A stretch of 64,000 bases of DNA. Source: Parcubacteria group bacterium Gr01-1014_8 (GTDB lineage Bacteria; Patescibacteriota; Minisyncoccia; Phycocordibacterales; UBA2100). The notes beneath the pieces are model-generated. The model was given only the letters and a program-made list of their open reading frames with translations, did no database searches and had not been told where the DNA came from. Position numbers and translations under genes: made by a program. Every line of letters begins with the position of its first letter. Within the stretch, counting starts at the first letter, position 1. The stretch spans positions 64,001 to 128,000 of the forward strand of contig VMGC01000003.1 of assembly GCA_007376385.1 (NCBI GenBank), written 5' to 3'. This document shows, in pieces, positions 21,131 to 29,103 of this stretch.

Positions 21131-21817
21131 CTATTTCCTCCGCTGGAACGAGACTTCCTGTGGCCCAACAGCGTATGGACCAACCTGATACTCTTGGAAA
21201 ATAAATATCACAGAATCTGCGTTCACGATAAAGGTCGCATAATTTTCCCTTTTTTCCTCAGTGCCCTCCGGAAAAAACGACCCTTCAAGCATTTTACTCA
21301 ACTCGCTTCGTGCCTTTTTCGCTACATCATTCAGCGAGAGATCAATGAGCTTCAGCGCGTCGTCCAGTGTGAGCTCCCGACCGCTTTCGCGTTCAAAATT
21401 TAATCCTCTGATATCCGTGAGCGGATGCATGCCGCCCATATATGTGGAGATTGCAAGCCGAGCACTTACGATGTCAGGGCCAATGTACGTTGAATCGTAG
21501 ACAGACGAAAGATCATACGGAACATCTGTATCAGTATTATCCAAACCGTATGGCCTGAATCCCAGTATGACCTCATCTATTTTTGCCGTAATGGCAGTAT
21601 CGATGGCTGCGAGCCCAAAATTCGGATATTTCATGGTTATCGTAAATCCTTTTGCATCTTCCTTGACGAGTTTTGCTATCAGATGGGCTGTTTCCCGATT
21701 GCTATCATTCTCTTCTGCGGGCGTATCTATAGAAGTTCTCTGGTACCGTGAGATCCCATAGCCGCCGAGAGCGGCTACAAGTAGTACAACCACTATGAGA
21801 ATTGCGCGTGAGTTCAT
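21131..21817 (-). CDS. membrane-anchored hypothetical protein
   Basis: Single N-terminal TM followed by a soluble domain. No confident family assignment. Confidence 0.4.
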   Translation of the reverse strand: MNSRAILIVVVLLVAALGGYGISRYQRTSIDTPAEENDSNRETAHLIAKLVKEDAKGFTITMKYPNFGLAAIDTAITAKIDEVILGFRPYGLDNTDTDVPYDLSSVYDSTYIGPDIVSARLAISTYMGGMHPLTDIRGLNFERESGRELTLDDALKLIDLSLNDVAKKARSELSKMLEGSFFPEGTEEKRENYATFIVNADSVIFIFQEYQVGPYAVGPQEVSFQRRK

Positions 21818-21830
21818 ACGGTAAATAGTA

Positions 21831-23237
21831 CTACACGTGCGCCTGTATATATTTCTTAATTTCCTCCGCATCCGGTTCAAGAACGTCGAAACGCTCCATC
21901 AAGCCCTCCAGCTTTGCAAAGGAAGCAGGCCTATCTGGCTCTATACCTATTGCTTCTCGTATAGTCTCCGAGAATTTAGCAGGCTTGGCGGTTTCAAGAC
22001 AAATAAGAGGAATTCCTTTCTCCCACATTTGCATGCCAACCTGTACTCCATCCGCAGTATGCGGATCAATAATGACATTGTATGCCTTATGTATAGCTCT
22101 GATCGTCTGCAATCTATTTTGATGAGTGCTTGAGCCAGCGACAATACCTGTCTCCTGTATCTGTTCGAAATCGCGCGTACCGCTTATGTCGAAAGCACCA
22201 TTCTGCTCCAAATTTTCCCATAGTTCCTGCATGCGGACCGCATCGCGATGCACTAGATCGAATATGTATCGCTCGAAATTAGATGCCTTCGAGATATCCA
22301 TGGATGGACTCGAGGTGACAGAAACTTCCTTGCTCTTGCGAGGTCTATAGACACCTGTCTGAAAGAATTCTTGGAGTACGTTATTCTCATTCGTCGCCAG
22401 AATAAGTCGTTTGATAGGAACACCCATTTGACGCGCGACGAATCCTGCAAGAATGTCGCCGAAATTGCCCGTTGGTACTGCGTAGCTTACAAATTCGCTG
22501 TTTGTTGACGTAGCTTTAAAATATCCATACGCATAATAGACAACTTGGGCGGCAATACGCGCCCAATTTATTGAATTAACGGCACCGAGCGAGAATCTGC
22601 TTTTAAAGACGCCATCTTCGTTCACTTTCTTAACGACATCTTGGCAGTCATCGAACACGCCTTTTATCGCGATGTTGAAAATGTTTGTATCCTGCAGAGT
22701 ATACATTTGTTTCCTTTGGAATTCGCTCATGCGACCCAGAGGAGAAAGCATGAATACACGAATGCCCTTTAGTCCACGCAGGGCATATTCTGCTGCGGAA
22801 CCGGTATCTCCTGAGGTTGCCCCAAGAATATTGAGGGTGCCCCCGCTTTGAGAGAGTGCATACTCAAATAACCGCCCGAGAAGCTGAAGCGCAAGGTCTT
22901 TGAAAGCAAGCGTCGGACCTTCTGATAGCCCGAGAAGGTAGAGCCCGTCGTCGAGTCTTTTAAGAGGAGTGATGTGCTCGCTTCCAAATAATTCCGCAGT
23001 GTATGTTGCAACAATCAATTGTCTCAATTCCTCCGACGGAATGTCATCGATGAACTTCTCAAGAATGAAATGAGCAAGTTGCGCATAACTCATCGAACGC
23101 ATCGCATCCAGGTTTGCATCGGTGAACTTCGGGTATCCGACTGGCACATATAGCCCACCGTCAGGCGCAAGACCTTCAAGAAGGATGTTCATGAACGACC
23201 GAGGTTCCGAGAGGCCGCGAGTCGAGATATAGTGCAT
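21831..23237 (-). CDS. thrC: threonine synthase (long form)
   Basis: PLP lysine region (PTLAFKD), GATSGDTGSAA and a C-terminal domain typical of long ThrC. Confidence 0.85.
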   Translation of the reverse strand: MHYISTRGLSEPRSFMNILLEGLAPDGGLYVPVGYPKFTDANLDAMRSMSYAQLAHFILEKFIDDIPSEELRQLIVATYTAELFGSEHITPLKRLDDGLYLLGLSEGPTLAFKDLALQLLGRLFEYALSQSGGTLNILGATSGDTGSAAEYALRGLKGIRVFMLSPLGRMSEFQRKQMYTLQDTNIFNIAIKGVFDDCQDVVKKVNEDGVFKSRFSLGAVNSINWARIAAQVVYYAYGYFKATSTNSEFVSYAVPTGNFGDILAGFVARQMGVPIKRLILATNENNVLQEFFQTGVYRPRKSKEVSVTSSPSMDISKASNFERYIFDLVHRDAVRMQELWENLEQNGAFDISGTRDFEQIQETGIVAGSSTHQNRLQTIRAIHKAYNVIIDPHTADGVQVGMQMWEKGIPLICLETAKPAKFSETIREAIGIEPDRPASFAKLEGLMERFDVLEPDAEEIKKYIQAHV

Positions 23238-23240
23238 ACG

Positions 23241-23666
23241 CTACAGTTCGATGCTATATACGTTCGTCTCTTTCCTTTGGAAACCTAATTTTTGATAGAG
23301 CTTATTTGCCGCGATGCGGGCCGGCCTTGTCGTGAGATACACTTTTTTTATATGTTTCTTTCGCGCAACATCCAAAAGAAATTGCATGAGCTTTTCGCCT
23401 AAACCTTGTCCCCTATATGCATCGTCGACGACAACATCTTCCACATGTCCGGATCGTTTGCTTATTTTCTGTATCGTGTACAGAGTCCCGATGCCAACGA
23501 TGCGCTCTCCATCCTTCGCAACGATGAGTGCGGTGTTGTCATTGTTCACAACGGCTTCCAGCTCTGAAAGCACCCCGTTGCCTCCCTCATCCCTCAGCTG
23601 CTTCAGCAATTTGTTTATATCAGAAAGCGCTTCACCCGTTGCACTCCTCAACTGTTCAATGATCAT
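23241..23666 (-). CDS. GNAT family N-acetyltransferase
   Basis: Acetyl-CoA binding motif RGQGLGEKLM. Confidence 0.8.
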   Translation of the reverse strand: MIIEQLRSATGEALSDINKLLKQLRDEGGNGVLSELEAVVNNDNTALIVAKDGERIVGIGTLYTIQKISKRSGHVEDVVVDDAYRGQGLGEKLMQFLLDVARKKHIKKVYLTTRPARIAANKLYQKLGFQRKETNVYSIEL

Positions 23667-23725
23667 AGAGATGGACGCATCATACGCGCATCTTCTGTTT
23701 CGCTCAACACGCTACAATATCTAGC

Positions 23726-24544
23726 ATGCATGCGTTCTATATTGCGCTTCTCGCTCTCGTCATTCTCGCCCTGACCGTGGCGACAACATGGTACCCGCCC
23801 TCATCGTCGAATAGCCAGCTCGCATCGCCATCTCTAGAAACTGTCGCGCCGGAGACAGAAATGTCGGAAGCGACGGAAGGAGAGAAAAAAGAGACATATC
23901 GGGTGGTAAAGGTTGTCGACGGCGATACGCTCGCTCTCGAAATGGGCGGAAACAGCGTCACGGTGAGACTTATTGGTCTTGATACGCCTGAAACACTCGA
24001 CCCCCGTAAACCCGTGCAATGCTTTGGAAAAGAGGCGACGGAACATGCGAAAAAATTACTAGAAGGAAGGCGTGTGTCTATCGAAAAGGACCCGACACAA
24101 GGAGAATTGGACAAATACGGCCGCCTGCTGGTCTATGTGTATTTACCCGACCTGCCTGCCGAAGCCTCGGCGCAGGCAGGTGGCTTGATGTTCAACGAAC
24201 AAATGATATCGGAAGGTTACGGGCATGAGTACACATATAATATTCCTTACAAATATCAAACGGAATTTAAAGCCGCGGAAAATAAAGCGCGAGAGAGGAA
24301 ACGAGGTCTCTGGGCTGATAATGCGTGCGCCGAGGAATCAATGCGTGCACCAACCACTGCTGAAAAACCTATCGTGGTTGTGCCGTCGGGAAATTATGAC
24401 TGCACTCGCAATACATATAATTGCTCAAGTTTTAGAACGCAGACCGATGCGCAAGCCGCCTTTGGATCGTGCGGCGGGTCGGAGAACGATATACACAAAC
24501 TTGATAGTGATAAAGACGGGACTGTGTGCGAGAGCCTTCCGTAA
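23726..24544 (+). CDS. secreted thermonuclease (SNase-like) with C-terminal Excalibur Ca-binding domain
   Basis: Signal/TM N-terminus. SNase motif (VRLIGLDTPE, GRLL.YVY). C-terminal DCTRNTYNCSSF...DSDKDG (Excalibur). Confidence 0.8.
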   Translation: MHAFYIALLALVILALTVATTWYPPSSSNSQLASPSLETVAPETEMSEATEGEKKETYRVVKVVDGDTLALEMGGNSVTVRLIGLDTPETLDPRKPVQCFGKEATEHAKKLLEGRRVSIEKDPTQGELDKYGRLLVYVYLPDLPAEASAQAGGLMFNEQMISEGYGHEYTYNIPYKYQTEFKAAENKARERKRGLWADNACAEESMRAPTTAEKPIVVVPSGNYDCTRNTYNCSSFRTQTDAQAAFGSCGGSENDIHKLDSDKDGTVCESLP

Positions 24545-24603
24545 CTTCCACAAAGTGCGAAACCTTGGCACGATACCGACATTTGACTGCTATACTTTTG
24601 ACA

Positions 24604-25821
24604 ATGTACAAGGCGTTCAGCCGTGTCCTTGGGATCTTGATCGTTGTCATTCTCACGTCGGGAACATGGGCGTTTGCCACTCTGCCAAAGACAGTGGAGT
24701 TCGGCGGAGTAAAAATAAGCGAGGATACTGCAAAACATTTGAAAGGGGGGTGCGAGTACGACCCGTATGCAAAATTATATGAGCTGAAAGCCGTCTCGAG
24801 TGGGGCGAAAGTCACGCCCACGCTCATCGATGGAGCGTTGAAAGACGGCCTCGATCCAGCGCTCGTCTGCCGGCTCACAAAACTAATTGAATGGGCACAG
24901 GGTCGTGGCTGTGTCCCTATGATAATCTCCGGTTTTCGTACATACGCTCAACAGGCTTCGATAGTGGCAAGAGGCAGATCAAAGGCGGGGCCAGGAGGTT
25001 CCTGCCATAATTTCGGACTGGCAGTAGACATGTCGAACCGTTGCCAAGGGGCGATGCAGGAGGCGGCACCGCAATTTGGACTGAAAAGCGGATTCCCCGG
25101 ATATCCAAATCCGATCCACTTTCAATGCATCGAGCACAGCGCAGGTGCCGGACGATCTTCAGGGTGCAGAGGGTCGTGCAACGGAGGTATGGAAATCGCG
25201 CCAGACCCTACGATACTTTCCAATATCCCAAATAGCTCAGCTCCATTGGGCCTCGGAGATGCGTTTAGACAGAACACGGGATTGGGTCAGCAGGATCCGC
25301 CGTCACCTGCTATTCCCCCGCAGTATGCAACCGCACAACCTCAGCAATTTTTTCAGCCAACCCAGACGGGACAGCCCGGTCAGACCGGACAGCCGACGAC
25401 CATAGGAACACCGACGGGAGGAAGTACTATACCGACCACTGGAGAGCCTCCGCCGTCAGTAGGAGATAAATTGTTGAATCTAGCCTACGGAACTTCAACG
25501 ATAGGCGGCCCAGTCAACATTGCAACGACAGTTCCTATTATCGTTACAAGCAAAGATGCAACAGGTCTGCCCGCAAAATCCACGAGCACACGATCAAAAG
25601 GATTCTACGGCACAACAACATCGCCGCTACACTTTGAGGAGACGTTCGGGACGAGTGAATATGAAGACAACGGAACGTCCTCCGAGGTCGCAAGCAGAAA
25701 TTGGATGGTACGGATACTCGCAGAATTGCGGGCCACACTTCTTATGATACTTGAGATACTCCGACCCTTTGGCATTCGTACGATCATTGACGCCGAGACA
25801 TACGAGATCCACGATGAATGA
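24604..25821 (+). CDS. peptidase M15 (VanY-like D,D-carboxypeptidase) with Gln/Pro/Thr-rich C-terminal tail
   Basis: N-terminal TM. SGFRTYAQQ...SCHNFGLAVD zinc-binding motif. Low-complexity C-terminus. Confidence 0.7.
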   Translation: MYKAFSRVLGILIVVILTSGTWAFATLPKTVEFGGVKISEDTAKHLKGGCEYDPYAKLYELKAVSSGAKVTPTLIDGALKDGLDPALVCRLTKLIEWAQGRGCVPMIISGFRTYAQQASIVARGRSKAGPGGSCHNFGLAVDMSNRCQGAMQEAAPQFGLKSGFPGYPNPIHFQCIEHSAGAGRSSGCRGSCNGGMEIAPDPTILSNIPNSSAPLGLGDAFRQNTGLGQQDPPSPAIPPQYATAQPQQFFQPTQTGQPGQTGQPTTIGTPTGGSTIPTTGEPPPSVGDKLLNLAYGTSTIGGPVNIATTVPIIVTSKDATGLPAKSTSTRSKGFYGTTTSPLHFEETFGTSEYEDNGTSSEVASRNWMVRILAELRATLLMILEILRPFGIRTIIDAETYEIHDE

Positions 25822-25872
25822 TGATTAGCAGGCTGATTCAGCGCATGCTATACTCGCGAAACTAAATAGGAT

Positions 25873-26496
25873 TTGTCCAAAATGGGATTCACTAAATACA
25901 CCTCTCAAAAGGAACAAGTGCGCGTGCGCATGAATGAAAGCATACGCGCGCCACAGGTACGAACTCTTGGCCCAAATGGCGAAAACTATGGTGTTCTCTC
26001 TCTCAAGGAAGCGCTCGGTAAGGCACAGGAAGCGGGACTCGACCTTATAGAGATCTCTCCAAATGCGACCCCGCCCGTCGCTAAAATTACTGACTACGGG
26101 AAATTCAAGTACGAGCAGAAGAAGAAGGATAAAGAGGTAAAGTCCAAGGCTCGCGTCACCGAAACCAAAGAAGCACAGGTAAAAATAGGCACTAGCTCGA
26201 ATGATATGAACATCAAGGCCTCTAAGATAGCGGGGTGGCTCAAGGAGGGTCACCGGGTCAAAATAGACCTCTTTTTATGGGGTCGGTACAAGTATATGGA
26301 GTTCAACTTCCTTAAGGAGAGGCTTGAGCGTTTCCTTGCAATCATCCCAGAATCGTATAAAATCGCCGACGAGATCAAGAAGAGCCCGAAAGGCCTCTCG
26401 GTCGCCATAGAGGGGACGACCTCGAAGAAGCCTGCATCCAAGCCAAAAATGGCCACTCCGGCTTCCGAATCTCAAACTCCCGAAGGATCCATATGA
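25873..26496 (+). CDS. infC: translation initiation factor IF-3
   Basis: IF-3 N- and C-terminal domain similarity. Followed by rpmI and rplT. Confidence 0.85.
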   Translation: MSKMGFTKYTSQKEQVRVRMNESIRAPQVRTLGPNGENYGVLSLKEALGKAQEAGLDLIEISPNATPPVAKITDYGKFKYEQKKKDKEVKSKARVTETKEAQVKIGTSSNDMNIKASKIAGWLKEGHRVKIDLFLWGRYKYMEFNFLKERLERFLAIIPESYKIADEIKKSPKGLSVAIEGTTSKKPASKPKMATPASESQTPEGSI

Positions 26497-26672
26497 AATC
26501 AAACAAATCATATTCAAAGCGTCTTCGCGTCACGAAGAAGGGCAAGGTTGTCGCGCGTACGCCAGGGCATAACCATTTCAATGCAAAAAGAAGCGGTGGC
26601 GAGAGACAGCGCCGCAAGCGTGCAGACTCTTTGAACATGACCTCGCAGGACAGAAGCCGCTTTCTAAATTAG
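26493..26672 (+). CDS. rpmI: 50S ribosomal protein L35
   Basis: 59-aa basic ORF (MKSNKSYSKRLRVTKKGKVVARTPGHNHFNAK...). Its ATG overlaps the infC stop (ATGA). It was not in the supplied ORF list because it is shorter than 60 aa. Confidence 0.8.
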   Translation: MKSNKSYSKRLRVTKKGKVVARTPGHNHFNAKRSGGERQRRKRADSLNMTSQDRSRFLN

Positions 26673-26673
26673 T

Positions 26674-27021
26674 ATGGCAAGGGTAAAGAGAGGAACACTG
26701 AAAAATAAGCGACGCAAGAATATCCTTGCGCAGACCAAGGGCTACCGATTCGATCGTTCGTCAAAGGAACGCGTCGCAAAAGAAGCCATTCTTCATGCCG
26801 GCTCTCACGCATTCCGCCACCGTCGCACGAAAAAGCGTGAATTCAGACAACTGTGGACCATTCGGCTGAACGCAGCTCTTCGACAGGGTGGGTTTGCTTC
26901 GTATAGCAAATTCATCGGCTCTCTAAAGAAAAAAAATATTTCGCTCGACCGCAAATCTCTCGCAACGCTCGCGAAAGATCATCCAGAAACATTCGCGCGA
27001 CTCGCGAAACAGCTCGCTTAA
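26674..27021 (+). CDS. rplT: 50S ribosomal protein L20
   Basis: MARVKRG...RRTKKREFRQLWI signature. Confidence 0.9.
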   Translation: MARVKRGTLKNKRRKNILAQTKGYRFDRSSKERVAKEAILHAGSHAFRHRRTKKREFRQLWTIRLNAALRQGGFASYSKFIGSLKKKNISLDRKSLATLAKDHPETFARLAKQLA

Positions 27022-27023
27022 GT

Positions 27024-27060
27024 TGCGAACCGCGATATATCGGCGGTTCTCCTTTTTCAC
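27024..27060 (+). terminator. rho-independent terminator after rplT
   Basis: gaaccgcgatatatcggcggttc stem followed by a T-rich tract. Confidence 0.6.
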
Positions 27061-27113
27061 CTCCTCCTTTCAATATCCTGTTTCTAGATCTTGGGGGCGA
27101 GCATATACGTGCC

Positions 27114-27806
27114 TTACAAGATTATTTCCGCCTTCTTCCCTGTTGCGCTCCACCCATCATGATTGTTGAAGACCGGGCTGTGTTCCGCTCTATCTTTCAT
27201 AACGCGCTCTATCAATTTTTCGACAAGCGCTTTCGGATCAGAGTCAAAATAGATGGCATCATTCGGCCTGTGGGCTAGATTGATGATGTAACGAAGCTCC
27301 TCATCGGTTTTCCACGTGCCTTCCAGAATGCCTATCGGACGTCTATCTTCAAACGAGACGGCAAATTCATTGATGGTCCCGATGCGCCCGCAGCCTATGA
27401 TCATCGCATCGCACGAGCGCACCAACAGAAGGTCTCGCCCTGCGTATCCAAATCCGGTATACACAATGACGTCAAGATATTCGAGGGGAAGCTTATATAC
27501 ATCAACATGCTCTCGCTCTGTGGACGCTGGAGAAAAACCTATTGAAAAACCGCATTCATCCTTCGCGCCCATCGCTGCATACATCGGAAAGCCTGTGGTC
27601 GCTCCGGTGACGATAATACCGCCTTGAACGGCGATCTCGCGGCCAACTTCTTTTGCTTTCTCGAACGCGTCCAGACCGCAGTGCCCAGTTTCCGCTGCAC
27701 CCGACACGCCGATCTTTACGACACCGTATCCGCTCGGGAGACGACAGAAATTTTTCGGCACCGCTGTGTGGTTTGGATGTATCGTTCGCATCCTTTTATC
27801 GGTCAT
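27114..27806 (-). CDS. LOG/TIGR00725-like Rossmann-fold protein
   Basis: GVSGAAETG...IIVTGATTGFPMYAAMGA...IVYTGFGYAG...GRIGTINE pattern typical of the LOG/SLOG superfamily. Confidence 0.5.
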   Translation of the reverse strand: MTDKRMRTIHPNHTAVPKNFCRLPSGYGVVKIGVSGAAETGHCGLDAFEKAKEVGREIAVQGGIIVTGATTGFPMYAAMGAKDECGFSIGFSPASTEREHVDVYKLPLEYLDVIVYTGFGYAGRDLLLVRSCDAMIIGCGRIGTINEFAVSFEDRRPIGILEGTWKTDEELRYIINLAHRPNDAIYFDSDPKALVEKLIERVMKDRAEHSPVFNNHDGWSATGKKAEIIL

Positions 27807-27826
27807 ACCTCGCTGATTTTACCATG

Positions 27827-28225
27827 CTATTCGTGTACATCCACATTGGCGGCTGAAAACAGAGCAGTTTTTCGACGTACAAAATACATCGCAGCGAAAC
27901 TGCCCGCAACATCCATCAACAGATCAAGCGATGTATCAGGCCGATAATTTGATTCACGGGGCGCGCCAATAACAAATTCAAATATCTCCCACAAAACGCC
28001 GATAATGATCACCAAAGAGATCACGTGAGCCCATCGCGGCGGTATTTTGTACATCGCAAAAGACCACATCACCGCGAGCGCTGCCCATGCACCTCCTAAA
28101 AAATGCAGCACGATGTCATACCACCAGAACACCCAGTGAAGATAGAGAAAGAAACCGAGAAAATAAAGAAAGGCTGTTATGAGAAGAATGATGCTTTGGG
28201 CAAACAATAACTGCCGAACACTCAT
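27827..28225 (-). CDS. small polytopic membrane protein (hypothetical)
   Basis: Three to four predicted TM helices and no recognisable motif. Confidence 0.4.
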   Translation of the reverse strand: MSVRQLLFAQSIILLITAFLYFLGFFLYLHWVFWWYDIVLHFLGGAWAALAVMWSFAMYKIPPRWAHVISLVIIIGVLWEIFEFVIGAPRESNYRPDTSLDLLMDVAGSFAAMYFVRRKTALFSAANVDVHE

Positions 28226-28472
28226 ATGAAAATTTTAACATCGCCAGCAGCTCCAACGCTGGCGCGAAACAGCCCCGTCAGAGAGCGCATTGGCGCAATC
28301 TCGCGGGGCAACTTCGGCGCGGCAAGTACGGCAAGCCTGGGGTTGATGCCAGGTGGGTCTCCGCATCGTCGCGCCAAGGCGCGAAGAAATGTAGGAATCC
28401 CTTTCTTGTACCAAGCAGGTTTAAGTACCAGCCGCTGCCCGCAAGTATAGCACTACAGTCTTTGGCACACTA

Positions 28473-29084
28473 CTATTCAAGAATCCCGTCCAGGTTCACA
28501 TCGTACAAAATTTCTTCATGAATGATGCGATAGTTCGTCAATTCCTCCGGTTTGAACCAATGAGCTATCTCCACGTTCGCCTCCTCAACCGAGCCAGAAG
28601 CGTGGGCAAGGTTTCGGACGGCACGCCCGTCTTCATCCGCCATCTGGTATGAATCCAGGACGAAATCGCCTCGAATCGAGCCAACGTCTGATGTCAGCGG
28701 CTCTGTGCCTCCCGTCAGCTTCCGTACTATCTTAACGGCGTGAGCTCCTTGCAAGACCATCGCAACAACAGGTCCCGAGGAAAGATACTTCTTTAAGTTT
28801 GTAAGAATTTTCGCGGTAATTTCAAGTGGGTCCTGTGAAGGAGGTGTCATCCCCTTGTCCAAATACCCCTTGATGGTCTTTTCTCCCGTGACCTTTCTCC
28901 AGTTTGGATCGAGCGTGTAGTGCGTTTCGACATGCTCTGGTGTTGGCACCATCATTTTCATGCCGACGAGCTTTAAGCCCGAAGACTCGTAGCGATTGAT
29001 TATCTCTCCTATCAAAGAGCGTTGAACCGCATCTGGCTTAATAACAACGAGCGTGCGTTCTTTGCTGTGATGGTCTTGCGGCAT
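28473..29084 (-). CDS. ndk: nucleoside diphosphate kinase (long form)
   Basis: ERTLVVIKPDAVQR and a histidine active-site region. About 200 aa. Confidence 0.8.
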   Translation of the reverse strand: MPQDHHSKERTLVVIKPDAVQRSLIGEIINRYESSGLKLVGMKMMVPTPEHVETHYTLDPNWRKVTGEKTIKGYLDKGMTPPSQDPLEITAKILTNLKKYLSSGPVVAMVLQGAHAVKIVRKLTGGTEPLTSDVGSIRGDFVLDSYQMADEDGRAVRNLAHASGSVEEANVEIAHWFKPEELTNYRIIHEEILYDVNLDGILE

Positions 29085-29103
29085 GTATGTACGAAATTAA
29101 TTA

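Noticed and set aside
28226-28450. 74-aa plus-strand ORF in the GC-rich spacer
   Set aside because: Ala/Arg/Gly low-complexity translation of GC-rich DNA with no RBS. The region is more plausibly non-coding RNA or leader.
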